Positions 18,732 through 29,079 of a DNA stretch of 59,484 bases are shown here, piece by piece; within the stretch, counting starts at the first letter, position 1; each line of letters begins with the position of its first letter. The stretch spans positions 1 to 59,484 of the forward strand of contig JBILVZ010000004.1 in NCBI GenBank assembly GCA_044370175.1, read 5' to 3'. This stretch comes from Methylococcaceae bacterium. GTDB lineage: Bacteria; Patescibacteriota; Microgenomatia; UBA1400; PJMF01. The notes beneath the pieces were generated by a model. The model searched no databases and was not told where the DNA came from. It saw only the letters and a list, made by a program, of their open reading frames with translations. Position numbers and translations under genes: made by a program.

Positions 18732-19555
18732 TTCTGCTGTGGCACATCTGCTTTTGGTCCCATCACCTGAATCTGAGGATTTACTCTAAAAAACGCTCTA
18801 TCCTTACCTTCCACTTTTTCTACTTTTATTTGAATAATCAAGCCATAGTTGATACCCACAGTATCAGCTGTAAGATGACTATAAAATGCATTTCCTACAA
18901 TTCTCAGGCTATTCAATACTCCTCCACCGGCCTGTGCGGTTACTTTTCTACCTACTTTCCGCAAAATCTCTTCAGCAGTCAGCCACGTACCCGCAGCTTC
19001 ACTATAATTAACCAGCAGAGCTTTTACGTACTGTTTTTGTAGTGGGTTGATAGTACCCTCGACTGTATCGATATGAAGCACCGAATCATTTTTGCCCCGC
19101 GGCGAAAAGTATACCCGCACCTGATCTTTATAAGGATTATGTACAGCAATGCCACCACCTCGTATTGACTCAAAACTCAAGCCAGGGATATCTAGTTGCT
19201 GTAATTTTGGCACGAGAACATTTAATATATTTCTGACATTGAAATTAGAACCAAATGCATTCGTAAAGACTTTTGAATACTTAATTGCATAGTCAGCAAA
19301 TACCCAATGACCCCATAAATCAGTGTTTGATATCACGGAGTTATTTGGATACATCAACAATAACATCCGAAGCGCACAAATTTCTGCAGGCTCAAACTCC
19401 GTGATTGTGCGACCATCGATGAGCATTGCAGGACGATCACCTGAAAAATCAAATAGTACGGTATGGGATAGTTGTTCTTCTTGTGCTAGCTGCTGTTTAT
19501 AGGGTTCTTCAGCGTGAAAGTTTGCGTAAGTTTGGATTATTTCTTTTTCTTTCAT
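18728..19555 (-). CDS. Putative tandem winged-helix (OmpR/PhoB C-terminal-like) protein
   Basis: EICALRMLL..PNNSVISNTDLW..FESIRGGGI resembles trans_reg_C; weaker second copy; no receiver domain. Confidence 0.5.
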   Translation of the reverse strand: MKEKEIIQTYANFHAEEPYKQQLAQEEQLSHTVLFDFSGDRPAMLIDGRTITEFEPAEICALRMLLLMYPNNSVISNTDLWGHWVFADYAIKYSKVFTNAFGSNFNVRNILNVLVPKLQQLDIPGLSFESIRGGGIAVHNPYKDQVRVYFSPRGKNDSVLHIDTVEGTINPLQKQYVKALLVNYSEAAGTWLTAEEILRKVGRKVTAQAGGGVLNSLRIVGNAFYSHLTADTVGINYGLIIQIKVEKVEGKDRAFFRVNPQIQVMGPKADVPQQK

Positions 19556-19705
19556 ATGAAAGTAATTCTACACCCTCAGATGCTCTCCACTCACTTGCCC
19601 TGTATACCAAATCACCTATACACTACCAGCACCCATAAGCGGCTACTAGTAATAGATAACATCTTAATTTGAAAAACCTACCGCTTGAGATAGAATATAC
19701 ACAAT

Positions 19706-20569
19706 ATGGCAACAGAAAATTCTAGAAACTTCTTGGGGAGATTATTTGGGAATCGAACTTCTGCACCACCTGAAGCTGCCCCACCACCTCCTGTTGATGA
19801 ACGGACACAGTATCTCACTGAAGCCATAACACTTCGTGATGCTTTAAAAGTGCATATTATTGATATGAATGCAGGTTGGACAAAAATAATTGATATGAGA
19901 TCTCCGACTCCAATAGAGATGACCGCGCGACATTTCTATTTTATTCAAAATGCTGATGGCAGGTATACCCCCACAGACGACCAACAGCTTGATCAACTCC
20001 GCCTGACTACTACTGTTACTATCTTCTCTGAAAGCTCTGCTCCCAATAATCAACTGTTTGGACTTAGCCGTACGCATACGCTTCGTCAAGATGACCCGCT
20101 GCAGTTAACATCAATGCGCACGGACAAGCCCAGCCCACAAGCTCTAAAGGATGCAAAGACGCACACTAATTTAAGACTGGCAGATCGGCATCAAGTAGAG
20201 TTTGACCAAGGAGTTCAGCACCAACGAATTGATATTCTAGCTAGAGCCACTGCTCAAGGAAATTTTATCTTGGAAATCACACTTGCTGATACTACTTCGC
20301 AAGTCGTTTTTCTACTGGGCAATACTACTGCAACTCTAAAATCAGCTGCTACTTTTGCAGATTTGAGTGATTATTATGTTCGAGGCACTGAAGGACAAAA
20401 GACAACAACAGACGAAGTCGAAATAGCAGAGTTATTAAAAGCGCACTGGGGCATACATTTAGACCAGTTACGGAAACTTGATGCTCGCCTCGTCCTTAAT
20501 CGAATGCTGGCAGCTGATCCGCAGAATCCCAACGTCACTGCAAAAGAGATCCTAAGTACAGGTGCGTAG
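19706..20569 (+). CDS. Hypothetical protein
   Basis: 287-aa ORF, TAGAAT 9 nt upstream, Pro-rich N-terminus. Confidence 0.65.
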   Translation: MATENSRNFLGRLFGNRTSAPPEAAPPPPVDERTQYLTEAITLRDALKVHIIDMNAGWTKIIDMRSPTPIEMTARHFYFIQNADGRYTPTDDQQLDQLRLTTTVTIFSESSAPNNQLFGLSRTHTLRQDDPLQLTSMRTDKPSPQALKDAKTHTNLRLADRHQVEFDQGVQHQRIDILARATAQGNFILEITLADTTSQVVFLLGNTTATLKSAATFADLSDYYVRGTEGQKTTTDEVEIAELLKAHWGIHLDQLRKLDARLVLNRMLAADPQNPNVTAKEILSTGA

Positions 20570-20592
20570 CTTTCATACAAGCAGTCCTATTC

Positions 20593-21174
20593 TTACTTCT
20601 TCGCCATCTCACCTTCAACGATATGAGCAGCAGGAGCTGGATCTCCGTCATCTGGTTCAATCGTTAAGACATACTGTGTGTAACTAGTAAAATCTTGAGC
20701 AGCAGTATACCGATTGGTGTACACCCCATTCACTCGCTCAAGTTTGCCAGTACTTATAAACTTGAAGGGCCGCTTCTGAACAACCCAACCTTCGTAAAAG
20801 TCACCATTGAGCGGTTCTGGCAGGTTCTCGACTGTAGCAAGCAGCTGGTAGGTACCCTCTCTGAAATCTGCCATAGCAGAGCCCTGAGCCGTACCATTAG
20901 TTGTTATGCCACGCACCACACCTCTGGTGACATCTTTGAGTGACCCTTGATAGGTATAGGTCAGCTGATTGGTTTCAGGTTGCGCAGTACCGATAGCACC
21001 ATCTTGTTGCAGATCGGTAGTGCTTGGAATGGCTGTAGCAATTGGATTTGCCACAGCTGCTAGTGGTGTCGGAGCCACAACCATTGGGGCATTAGAAGGC
21101 AAAAACTGTAGATACCAGAATCCCACACCCGCCAGCAGCAAAAATGCTACAGTCATCGTTATTTTCATGTTCAT
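20593..21174 (-). CDS. Membrane-anchored protein with RskA-like C-terminal domain
   Basis: N-terminal hydrophobic helix; YEGWVV..FISTG..VLTIEPDDGDPAP. Confidence 0.6.
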   Translation of the reverse strand: MNMKITMTVAFLLLAGVGFWYLQFLPSNAPMVVAPTPLAAVANPIATAIPSTTDLQQDGAIGTAQPETNQLTYTYQGSLKDVTRGVVRGITTNGTAQGSAMADFREGTYQLLATVENLPEPLNGDFYEGWVVQKRPFKFISTGKLERVNGVYTNRYTAAQDFTSYTQYVLTIEPDDGDPAPAAHIVEGEMAKK

Positions 21175-21452
21175 ACTGCACTTCCTTCAGAGTTTTTCTT
21201 TTTCCACCGTGGCGCAAAGCCAGCCATAAAAGCGAATGCCCATGCTTTTATCCTACTCTCCCCGCGCGCCACAATAGCATCAATCATCGCTGCACGAAAA
21301 CCAGCTAAGTCATCACCAGGATAACAAAGTTTGCCATCAGCAAAGCAATACGAACAATACTTTTCACTCTCGCGTGCTGCTCCTTTGGGATCTTTGGCAA
21401 ATGGCATGAGGCAACTTTCACAGTTGCCAGAAAGTGTGTGTTGTTTAGACAC
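21171..21452 (-). CDS. Zinc-ribbon domain protein
   Basis: CESCLMP..ESEKYCSYCFADG. Confidence 0.75.
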   Translation of the reverse strand: MSKQHTLSGNCESCLMPFAKDPKGAARESEKYCSYCFADGKLCYPGDDLAGFRAAMIDAIVARGESRIKAWAFAFMAGFAPRWKKKNSEGSAV

Positions 21453-22318
21453 TAGGTTCCTTTCTCCACGTACTTCTTAAAGTTTTCAAGGATTGCCTGC
21501 CAGCCAGTTTGCTGCAACTCGCGTGAGTTCTCTGATTCAGCTTGAAAAGCTACGGCGACCTGCACGTGAGGACCAGCTGGAGAAAACGAGACTATCACTT
21601 TACGGCCATCATCAAGAGTGTATTTTAGGAGCTCATGCGGCTTTACAGCAGTGTAGCTACCCGTGAAATCAAACTGTGCACTCTTATCTTTGGCGGCCAT
21701 CACCGTCTTAAACCGTCCGCCAACGCGCAAATCATTTTCTGCTGCAGGTGCTTCCCAGTTGTCACTGGCAAACGCCCAGTTGGTGATATGTTCTGGCTTG
21801 GTGTAGTACTCCCAGACTTTTTCGAGCGGGGCTGTGATGAGCGTTGATGTATCAATCCATGAACTCTTCCCTGTCTCGACTACTTCTTTGAGACGCTCCA
21901 GCGCTCTGGGCCACATGTCCATAAACATGTCATAAAATGCGTCTGGTGCGTCCATGTCGAGAATGAACTCTGTGCCTGTAGGCGTTGCTTTGAAAGTATA
22001 GTTCTCAAATGATGGTGTCCACTCTTTGACTGCTGGACTGGTAGTATCTACCACACCATTGGTGATCATCCCCAAATGCTTGATGGAAATAAACCCGTGT
22101 TTACGCACCTCAGCAATCATGCTAAACATTCCATCCCTGGCTTCAGTGTTACTGGGACCCAAAAACCGCATCTCCGCTCCCTGCTCCCACTTGCCTTCGA
22201 AGGTAGAGCCCGGCATAAAGGCAGCCGTCCACTGTTCATAGAGTTCTTTGGTAACTACCGCGTTCCAGACCTTTTGGACTGGTGCGTTGATACTAGTGGA
22301 AAGGTGCAGTTTCTTCAT
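21452..22318 (-). CDS. Tandem SRPBCC/AHSA1-like domain protein
   Basis: Two repeats beginning INAPVQKVW and ITAPLEKVW; C-terminal GWQAILENFKKYVE. Confidence 0.85.
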   Translation of the reverse strand: MKKLHLSTSINAPVQKVWNAVVTKELYEQWTAAFMPGSTFEGKWEQGAEMRFLGPSNTEARDGMFSMIAEVRKHGFISIKHLGMITNGVVDTTSPAVKEWTPSFENYTFKATPTGTEFILDMDAPDAFYDMFMDMWPRALERLKEVVETGKSSWIDTSTLITAPLEKVWEYYTKPEHITNWAFASDNWEAPAAENDLRVGGRFKTVMAAKDKSAQFDFTGSYTAVKPHELLKYTLDDGRKVIVSFSPAGPHVQVAVAFQAESENSRELQQTGWQAILENFKKYVEKGT

Positions 22319-22340
22319 AGGTCTGATTGTAGCAGAAAGC

Positions 22341-23723
22341 TCAAGTTTTTTTGCCTTGCACTCTCCGCTGACGTGATGCGTTGCGCGCAGTACGTATAGC
22401 TGCATCAAGAGGTTTTTGGTGCTTTTCTAAGAGCTGATCAACTAACGGTCTCCCATCAACATATTTCTTTTTAGATCGAGTGGTTTCAGGAGGGCCAAGC
22501 GGTTTGCCAGCATTTCGACTTCTTCTCTCACGGGTTGCAGCACGAGCTTTTTCTAAGGCCGCTTGCAAACCACTGTCTGGAGTTATTACTTCAGGTGCCG
22601 TTTCTTGAGAGGCTACTTCACCAGCTATTTTTGTAACTGCCAAAACTGCTGGATGCAGACCTTTCAGGTTACGCGGCACGTTCTGTGTTTGAGTAGATTC
22701 CTCTTCTACAGTGTTTACTTGTCGCGTAGCTTTTAAAGCGCCGATTGCTCGCTCGATACTTTGTTCACCAGTGTGGGCAAACTCTAAGTAGGTTCTCAAT
22801 AAAATCTCGTTGTTTTCAATAACGGTGGTTGCTCGGTGTGCAATTAGTTTGAGGCCACCCACGTTACCAGCATATGAAATAACTACGTTACTTTCCTTGA
22901 GAAGCTTGAAGTACTGTCGCAAAATATTAAGTGGTTGCTGCATCCCCACCAAACTAGGTTCTAGGGTATTTGGAGCCTGACCATCTTCGGTATCTAGCTC
23001 AGTTGCAGTCACTGTTTTACTTGGATTATAGGGAACATACAAAATCTGTAGCGCCTCACTCTCTAAGGCTGACTGATCTTGCAACCAAGTTTCTAACAGT
23101 GTCTGCAAGGTATTGGTAATTTTTTGATGATAACTGGGAAAGTCAGCGGACTGGTTGAGCATAAGTAGGGTAACAGCCAGTTGCAGCGAATATGTTTCAC
23201 ACCTTGATTTGATGGTACTGGCCACTATCTCTGGGGAGTATGATATGTTCGCTTGTGTGTCCAGTGCTGCATCTTGGCTCACTCCCTCAAGATCATAAAA
23301 ATCAACACTATTTTGTGCTAGACCACGGTGCAGCAGTTTACTTCGTTTATCTAAAATTAAATTTTTAACTGCAACAGAAAAGAGCGCAAAGAGGTTTACT
23401 GTAAGAGGTTTTCCGAACTGTATACATTTACTTATTGCTTCTAAGAGCAAGGCATCAGGATCAATGGTAATACCATCTTCATCGGTGTCGCCATTTTGTT
23501 TTAAGAGCTGTACAGTGATGGCCAACAACTTACTTTGAAAAACTCTATTCAGATTTTCAAAAGTGGCGGTGTCTAGTTTGTTGACTCTCTGATCAGTAAA
23601 TAAAGCATAGGCATCGGTAAAAACAAGCCCTTGAGTCTGAAGCGTAAATTCCTGAAAAAGGCGCATGGCCTGTTCTTCATTTTCTCGAAGAAAATTTGTA
23701 TTTTGTGCGTTTTCGTACACCAT
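22341..23723 (-). CDS. Hypothetical protein with basic C-terminal tail
   Basis: 460-aa ORF; no motif. Confidence 0.65.
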   Translation of the reverse strand: MVYENAQNTNFLRENEEQAMRLFQEFTLQTQGLVFTDAYALFTDQRVNKLDTATFENLNRVFQSKLLAITVQLLKQNGDTDEDGITIDPDALLLEAISKCIQFGKPLTVNLFALFSVAVKNLILDKRSKLLHRGLAQNSVDFYDLEGVSQDAALDTQANISYSPEIVASTIKSRCETYSLQLAVTLLMLNQSADFPSYHQKITNTLQTLLETWLQDQSALESEALQILYVPYNPSKTVTATELDTEDGQAPNTLEPSLVGMQQPLNILRQYFKLLKESNVVISYAGNVGGLKLIAHRATTVIENNEILLRTYLEFAHTGEQSIERAIGALKATRQVNTVEEESTQTQNVPRNLKGLHPAVLAVTKIAGEVASQETAPEVITPDSGLQAALEKARAATRERRSRNAGKPLGPPETTRSKKKYVDGRPLVDQLLEKHQKPLDAAIRTARNASRQRRVQGKKT

Positions 23724-23753
23724 AACCGTGTTTATTTACCACACCCGATACTA

Positions 23754-24878
23754 TTATTTTTCTCGCTCTACAACCAGTTTAAGTACAGCCAACAGCAGCC
23801 CCTCTGCACTTTCATGGAGCGAGCTTTTTGCAAGCATACGTTCAACTTTCTCTACACGCTGCTGCATTTTTTCTGTAAGTTCACGAGTACAGGCGGAGTC
23901 TCTCAGCTGCTCTACCACTTCCTGTACTTCTGAAAGTGTCGCGTGAGGATTAGCAAAAACTCGCTCCACCAACTGTTTATCTTGACCAGCCAACGTATGC
24001 CAGGCATACCAATACCATAACGTTTTTTTACCCTCACGGACATCACTCACTATATTTTTTCCCGTTTTTTCTGGATGGCCAAAGAGTCCCAAATAATCAT
24101 CTCTCCACTGATACAGCAAGCCAATCTCATCACCAATTTTCAACAACTGTGCTTGTTCCTCACTGCTTCGCTCTGCCAGCGCTGCTGCCAAAAGCAGCGG
24201 CCAACGGCCAGTATAGCGGCCAGTCTTGCCATACTGCATTTCGATAATTTCTTCTTGGGTAACCGCTGCAATTGGGAGACTTGCCTGGCGCATATCTTCC
24301 GTCTGAGCCAATCCCAAACAGGCTAACTCATGTGAAGAAATCTGCATAATCCGTCGCGCCACTGCGTCTGAAACAGAAGCAGTGTTTAGACACTGCATCC
24401 CCAAGAAAAAAAGCACGTCTCCAAAACAAATTGCAACACTCTCTCCAAAATGAGTAGCATTAGGAAGCTCAGCTTCTGTCGCCCAGTCTGTCACTGCGGT
24501 GTGTGTCGTCAGTAAACCGCGGCGACGGACATCCTGATCCATAATATCATCGTGCACGAGCAACCCTGAACAAATTAATTCCAACCCTGCTGCCACTTGG
24601 ACAGCGGCACTGTACTGTGTTTGCGTGAGCTCTCGACCAGTCAAGGCCTGCTGCATCTCCACAAGCAGACAGCCACGAAACAACTTGCCACTTGTTGCGT
24701 ATTCTTTCATCTGCCAATAAAACTCTCGAGCTAGCGGAAAGTGACCATCAGTAACATAGAATGTTTCCAGTACACGCTCTATCTCGGCTGCAATAGCTGT
24801 TCTTGAACGAAACAACTGTGTTTTTACAAGTGCAGGATCAGCCATCTGGTGGATTTGTGTATGTTGTGTATCTGTCAT
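23754..24878 (-). CDS. crtE: Polyprenyl (GGPP) synthase
   Basis: GKLFRG, LVHDDIMDQDVRRRG (first Asp-rich motif), KTGRYT, QWRDDYLG..GK..SDVREGK; next to crtB. Confidence 0.85.
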   Translation of the reverse strand: MTDTQHTQIHQMADPALVKTQLFRSRTAIAAEIERVLETFYVTDGHFPLAREFYWQMKEYATSGKLFRGCLLVEMQQALTGRELTQTQYSAAVQVAAGLELICSGLLVHDDIMDQDVRRRGLLTTHTAVTDWATEAELPNATHFGESVAICFGDVLFFLGMQCLNTASVSDAVARRIMQISSHELACLGLAQTEDMRQASLPIAAVTQEEIIEMQYGKTGRYTGRWPLLLAAALAERSSEEQAQLLKIGDEIGLLYQWRDDYLGLFGHPEKTGKNIVSDVREGKKTLWYWYAWHTLAGQDKQLVERVFANPHATLSEVQEVVEQLRDSACTRELTEKMQQRVEKVERMLAKSSLHESAEGLLLAVLKLVVEREK

Positions 24879-24897
24879 TTGTCTTTCTCACTCCATT

Positions 24898-25758
24898 CTA
24901 CTCCACAATTGCAATGAACCAGTTTTCAAGTATAGACAGTAAAACTCGTGCCTTACTGGGTTTAACTTTTTTGGTATATACACTATATGGATTTTTTGCA
25001 ATTGTTTGGATCGTCCACTCATACATTTTGGTAGCTGTCGCCACTGGGATGCGGATTGGCACTTTCAAAAAAGCAAAACCCACCATGGCGCTAGCATTCC
25101 AACTTCTATACCGTCTTTCCTCGGCTGCATATAAATGCCTAAACCCCACCCCATCACGCTCTGTACTCGCTTCAGAAAGATCTGACAAACCATGCTGTTC
25201 TACAATTTCTTGTGGGATGTACTGTCTACCAAGTGTTAGATCCTCTGCAATGTCACGCAAAAAATTGGCATACTGCATTGCTCTACCAAGCATTCGGGCA
25301 GTAGGATACGCACGACTATCCAAGCCAACACAAGCACAGATCATCAGTCCCACTACTTCTGCTGAACCATACATGTAGCTCTGCAGCTCTTGCATTGTGT
25401 AATACGTAGTTTTATACAGATCCAACTCCATTGCCAAGAAAAACGCATCTACCCAAACTTGTTTAATTCCAACTGTCTGCTGTAGTAGTACAAAATTGGA
25501 AATGATTATCTGTGTTTGAACAGGGAGTAAAGCCTCCGTTGTACTATTGCCGCTCTTTACACAGTGGTAGTATGCATCGCGAAACGCATAGAACCCTGTA
25601 CTATCTTGAGGCATACGATCTATATAGTCATCAGCTGTACGAACAAACGCATACAATGTAAAGATTTTTTCTTTGATTGGGGTTGGAAAAAACAAACTAC
25701 TCGTAAAGTAGGTTGTGCTGGCTGATTTAAAAATATTGGTTGTCTCTGCTGAAGGCAT
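24898..25758 (-). CDS. crtB: Phytoene synthase
   Basis: LYAFVRTADDYID, YMYGSAEVVGLM, NFLRDIAED. Confidence 0.92.
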   Translation of the reverse strand: MPSAETTNIFKSASTTYFTSSLFFPTPIKEKIFTLYAFVRTADDYIDRMPQDSTGFYAFRDAYYHCVKSGNSTTEALLPVQTQIIISNFVLLQQTVGIKQVWVDAFFLAMELDLYKTTYYTMQELQSYMYGSAEVVGLMICACVGLDSRAYPTARMLGRAMQYANFLRDIAEDLTLGRQYIPQEIVEQHGLSDLSEASTERDGVGFRHLYAAEERRYRSWNASAMVGFAFLKVPIRIPVATATKMYEWTIQTIAKNPYSVYTKKVKPSKARVLLSILENWFIAIVE

Positions 25759-25837
25759 ACCGATCGTTAGTATACAAGAGAGAACATCTCTTTGCTTCCA
25801 TGAAAAATCTATTTGTACCTTACAATAAACTGTAGCT

Positions 25838-26695
25838 ATGTCGGTATTTAAAATTTCTCGACCACGGTTTTATAGTTATTTGTTTGGTCCATTTTTGATT
25901 GGCGGTGCTGCTGCTTTTGCGTATCCACTCGAAATTACTAGCCTAAATTTTTTACTCTTTTTATTATATTTTACAATTCCTGCCAATATATTTTTGTATG
26001 GAGTGAATGACATCTTTGACACCGAAACAGACGCCAATAACCCAAAAAAACATTCTCACGAACATTTACTGCAGCTGCGCGAACGAAAGCCGTTAGTCCT
26101 AACAGTAACGAGCATAGCAATCTTGAGTCTTGTGGCTTTGCTATTTGTCAACACGATTGCTGCTGCCATGCTGAGTATCTTTTTATTTTTATCCTTCAGC
26201 TACAGTGCCCCACCGTTGCGGTTTAAAGCTCGGCCATTTCTAGATGCCTACTCCAACGTTTTATATGCCTTTCCAGGATTTTTTGCCTATGCACTCTTGG
26301 GTGGTCAGCTACCCACACTACCAGTTATTTTGATGGGGCTTACTTGGAGCGCGGGTATGCATGCTTTTTCAGCAATACCAGACATGACTGTAGACAAAAA
26401 AGCAGGGATCGCTACCACTGCTGTATTTTTAGGTAAACAAAAAACCTTGCTCTTTATCCTTGCCAACTGGTTGGTGTTTTCACTGCTGTGTTTGTATTAC
26501 TTTGGCGTCCTGGGCAGCTTAGGGTGGATTCCCTTTGGCATTGCCTTGTACATTTTACTTGCCCACAAAAAAACTGAAGACTTTTACTGGTACTTTCCCT
26601 ACAGTATCCCTGCTTTAGGATTCTTAGCATTTTGGTACATCTTACTTTCGCGATTTGGTTGGACACAACTATGGCAAAGCAGCGGCCTTTTGTAA
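25838..26695 (+). CDS. UbiA-family prenyltransferase, lycopene elongase (LyeJ/CrtEb-like)
   Basis: SRPRF..PANIFLYGVNDIFD..D..NPKK, YSAPPLRFK.RPFLD..SN, MHAFSAIPD..DKKAGIATTA; multi-TM; crt context. Confidence 0.82.
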   Translation: MSVFKISRPRFYSYLFGPFLIGGAAAFAYPLEITSLNFLLFLLYFTIPANIFLYGVNDIFDTETDANNPKKHSHEHLLQLRERKPLVLTVTSIAILSLVALLFVNTIAAAMLSIFLFLSFSYSAPPLRFKARPFLDAYSNVLYAFPGFFAYALLGGQLPTLPVILMGLTWSAGMHAFSAIPDMTVDKKAGIATTAVFLGKQKTLLFILANWLVFSLLCLYYFGVLGSLGWIPFGIALYILLAHKKTEDFYWYFPYSIPALGFLAFWYILLSRFGWTQLWQSSGLL

Positions 26696-27477
26696 ACAAT
26701 ACTGCCATCTGCGTGATTATTCCCACCCTCAATGAAGAGCGGTTCATTGGAAAGCTGCTCGCAGATGTATATACCCAAACAAGACGACCTGATCAAGTTT
26801 TAATTGTCGATGGACACTCTACAGACAAAACTAAAGCTGTTGTCGAAATTTGGGCAAAACAGTGGAGTGCGGTTCAGTTCCTCAAGTGCCCCACTCGCGG
26901 TGTGGGTGCACAGCGTGATTTTGGCGGCACGTATATGTGTGACCGTGCGAGGAAACAAAAATCTGATCCTCGCGAAGCTACCTTGCTCTATTTTTTTGAT
27001 GCAGATGTCCGACTCCCCCGATATTTTTTGAAAAAATCGAGTGAGATACTACATAGAGAGGCGTTTGATGCTGCCTGTCCACAGTATGTGCCAAGTACCA
27101 ACTCACTCACGCTCCTACAAGCAGCCCCAGTCAAGGTACTGTTTGCCTTTCTCAACTTTTTGTTTTGGTTTGGACAAAAATACTTTCCAGCTGGAGCGGG
27201 GCCGTGCATAATTGTCACTGCGCAACATTTTAAGAAACTGGGTGGCTTCACTACTTCACTTTTGGTCGATGATCTGGACTTTGTACACCGTGCAGGAAGT
27301 ACTGGGAGGTTTACCCTGTTGGATCTCCCCGTTTTTGTCTCCACTCGGCGCTTTGCACAGTATGGCGTCTGGCAAACATTCTGGCAGTACGTACAAATCA
27401 GCTGGTACTTTGTGCGTAAAAATACACATAGCACCAACAAACTAAAATATGAGTTTGGCAACTTCAAAAGAGTCTAA
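26671..27477 (+). CDS. GT2 glycosyltransferase (candidate carotenoid glycosyltransferase)
   Basis: VIIPTLNEE, IVDGHSTDKT, FFDAD, STRRF; overlaps the elongase stop. Confidence 0.85.
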   Translation: MAKQRPFVNNTAICVIIPTLNEERFIGKLLADVYTQTRRPDQVLIVDGHSTDKTKAVVEIWAKQWSAVQFLKCPTRGVGAQRDFGGTYMCDRARKQKSDPREATLLYFFDADVRLPRYFLKKSSEILHREAFDAACPQYVPSTNSLTLLQAAPVKVLFAFLNFLFWFGQKYFPAGAGPCIIVTAQHFKKLGGFTTSLLVDDLDFVHRAGSTGRFTLLDLPVFVSTRRFAQYGVWQTFWQYVQISWYFVRKNTHSTNKLKYEFGNFKRV

Positions 27478-27502
27478 GTAAAGTACTTGCAACAATTTAA
27501 AA

Positions 27503-29023
27503 CTAGCTTTTCATTGTCTGCACCCGATCACGCACCAAGTGTCCTGATATCACCGCTGAAGGCACGCCAATGCCAGGTACTGTGCCTGCGCCACTGAAGA
27601 ATAGATTACTGATTTTTTTGTGTTTGTTGGGTGGGCGGAATGGCCCCGTTTGCATCAGTGTATGTGCCACACCACCCAGCGCATTACCTGCATAACTGTT
27701 GTACGTACTCTCAAAGTCTGTAACAGAAAATATTGATTTATAGACAATTTTTTCTTTTAGCTTAATCCCTGCCTTTTTTTCTAAGTACTGCAAAATATAC
27801 TCGCCATATTTTTCTTTAGACGCTGCATCTTCAGCCAATCCACAGGCCACCGGCACCAGAATCATCACCGCGTGATGCCCTTTTGGCGCAACTGCAGGAT
27901 CGGTCATCGATGGTACATTCAGGTATATTGATGGCTCTTTTGGCCAACTTGGCTGCTCAAAGATTTCTGTAAAATGCTCAATCCAGTTTTTGCCAAAGAA
28001 GATGTTGTGATGCTGTAGCGCTCTCACATCTCCTTTTACGCCCAAGTACATCAGAAATGCTGAGGGAGCAAAGGTACGTTTTTGCCAATATTTTTCTGAG
28101 TACATTTTTAAATGAGCGTCATCAAGGAGGCTCTCAATATGCGCCATATCAGCATTGGCCACTACTGCTTTCGTCTTGATTATTCCGTCTTTTGTCCGCA
28201 CGCCAGTCACCTTGCCGTCACGCGTTTTAATTTCTAAAACTGGTGTTTCTAGACGGTACTCCGCTCCGTTCTCTCTCCCAACCTGCTCAAATGCCTTAAC
28301 CACCTGCGACATGCCGCCCATCGGATAAAAGGTATGCATCGTAAAATCAACATGCGAAATCAAACTATAGAGCGCTGGCATATTGTGTGGAGCGCCACCT
28401 AAAAATACCAACGTAAACTGAATAATTTGCTGCAATTTTTCGCTCTTAAAAAACTCTGCTACATACTTTTGCATGGAGTCAAATGGACGCAGCATCCGCC
28501 CATTTTTTAACAGATCCCAGCTAAAAAAATCAAAAATTGAGTCCACGTTTTTATAGAGAACTGTCCGCACCGACAACTCATATTTAGCCCGTGCTTCATC
28601 CAAATAATCTTGTAGCCGCTTGCCAGCACCTTTCTCTATTTTTTCAAAAAGCGCCTTGTTGTGCTCCAAGTTTGGCTTCATATCCACATGGGTCTTGTCG
28701 GGGAAAATGATGCGGTACTGTGGATCCAACTTCACCAGCTGCAAATAATCAGCAGGTTTTTTACCAAACTCAGCAAAAAACTTTTCAAAAACATCAGGCA
28801 TCATGTACCATGACGGGCCCATATCAAACTGAAAACCTTGTGCTTTTAAAACATTAGCTCGACCACCGAGTAGTTTATTTTTCTCAAGCACCACTACTTT
28901 TTTACCATCTTTTGCCAATAAAGCCGCCGCAGCCAATCCACCAAAACCACCACCGATTACCACAACGTCATAGGCCATTGTCTTTTTTTTCTGAGTTTTC
29001 GTTTTTTGCTGTATTCTTGGCAT
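27503..29023 (-). CDS. crtI: Phytoene desaturase family (CrtI/CrtD)
   Basis: VVIGGGFGGL, FDMGPSWYMMP, YPMGGM, HTLMQTGPFRP, PGIGVP; alternative start 28978. Confidence 0.9.
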   Translation of the reverse strand: MPRIQQKTKTQKKKTMAYDVVVIGGGFGGLAAAALLAKDGKKVVVLEKNKLLGGRANVLKAQGFQFDMGPSWYMMPDVFEKFFAEFGKKPADYLQLVKLDPQYRIIFPDKTHVDMKPNLEHNKALFEKIEKGAGKRLQDYLDEARAKYELSVRTVLYKNVDSIFDFFSWDLLKNGRMLRPFDSMQKYVAEFFKSEKLQQIIQFTLVFLGGAPHNMPALYSLISHVDFTMHTFYPMGGMSQVVKAFEQVGRENGAEYRLETPVLEIKTRDGKVTGVRTKDGIIKTKAVVANADMAHIESLLDDAHLKMYSEKYWQKRTFAPSAFLMYLGVKGDVRALQHHNIFFGKNWIEHFTEIFEQPSWPKEPSIYLNVPSMTDPAVAPKGHHAVMILVPVACGLAEDAASKEKYGEYILQYLEKKAGIKLKEKIVYKSIFSVTDFESTYNSYAGNALGGVAHTLMQTGPFRPPNKHKKISNLFFSGAGTVPGIGVPSAVISGHLVRDRVQTMKS

Positions 29024-29079
29024 ATAGTTTTTCCGCTTGGTGCACCGCTACTCTAGCATTCATCGCATAAAAAAACAAT

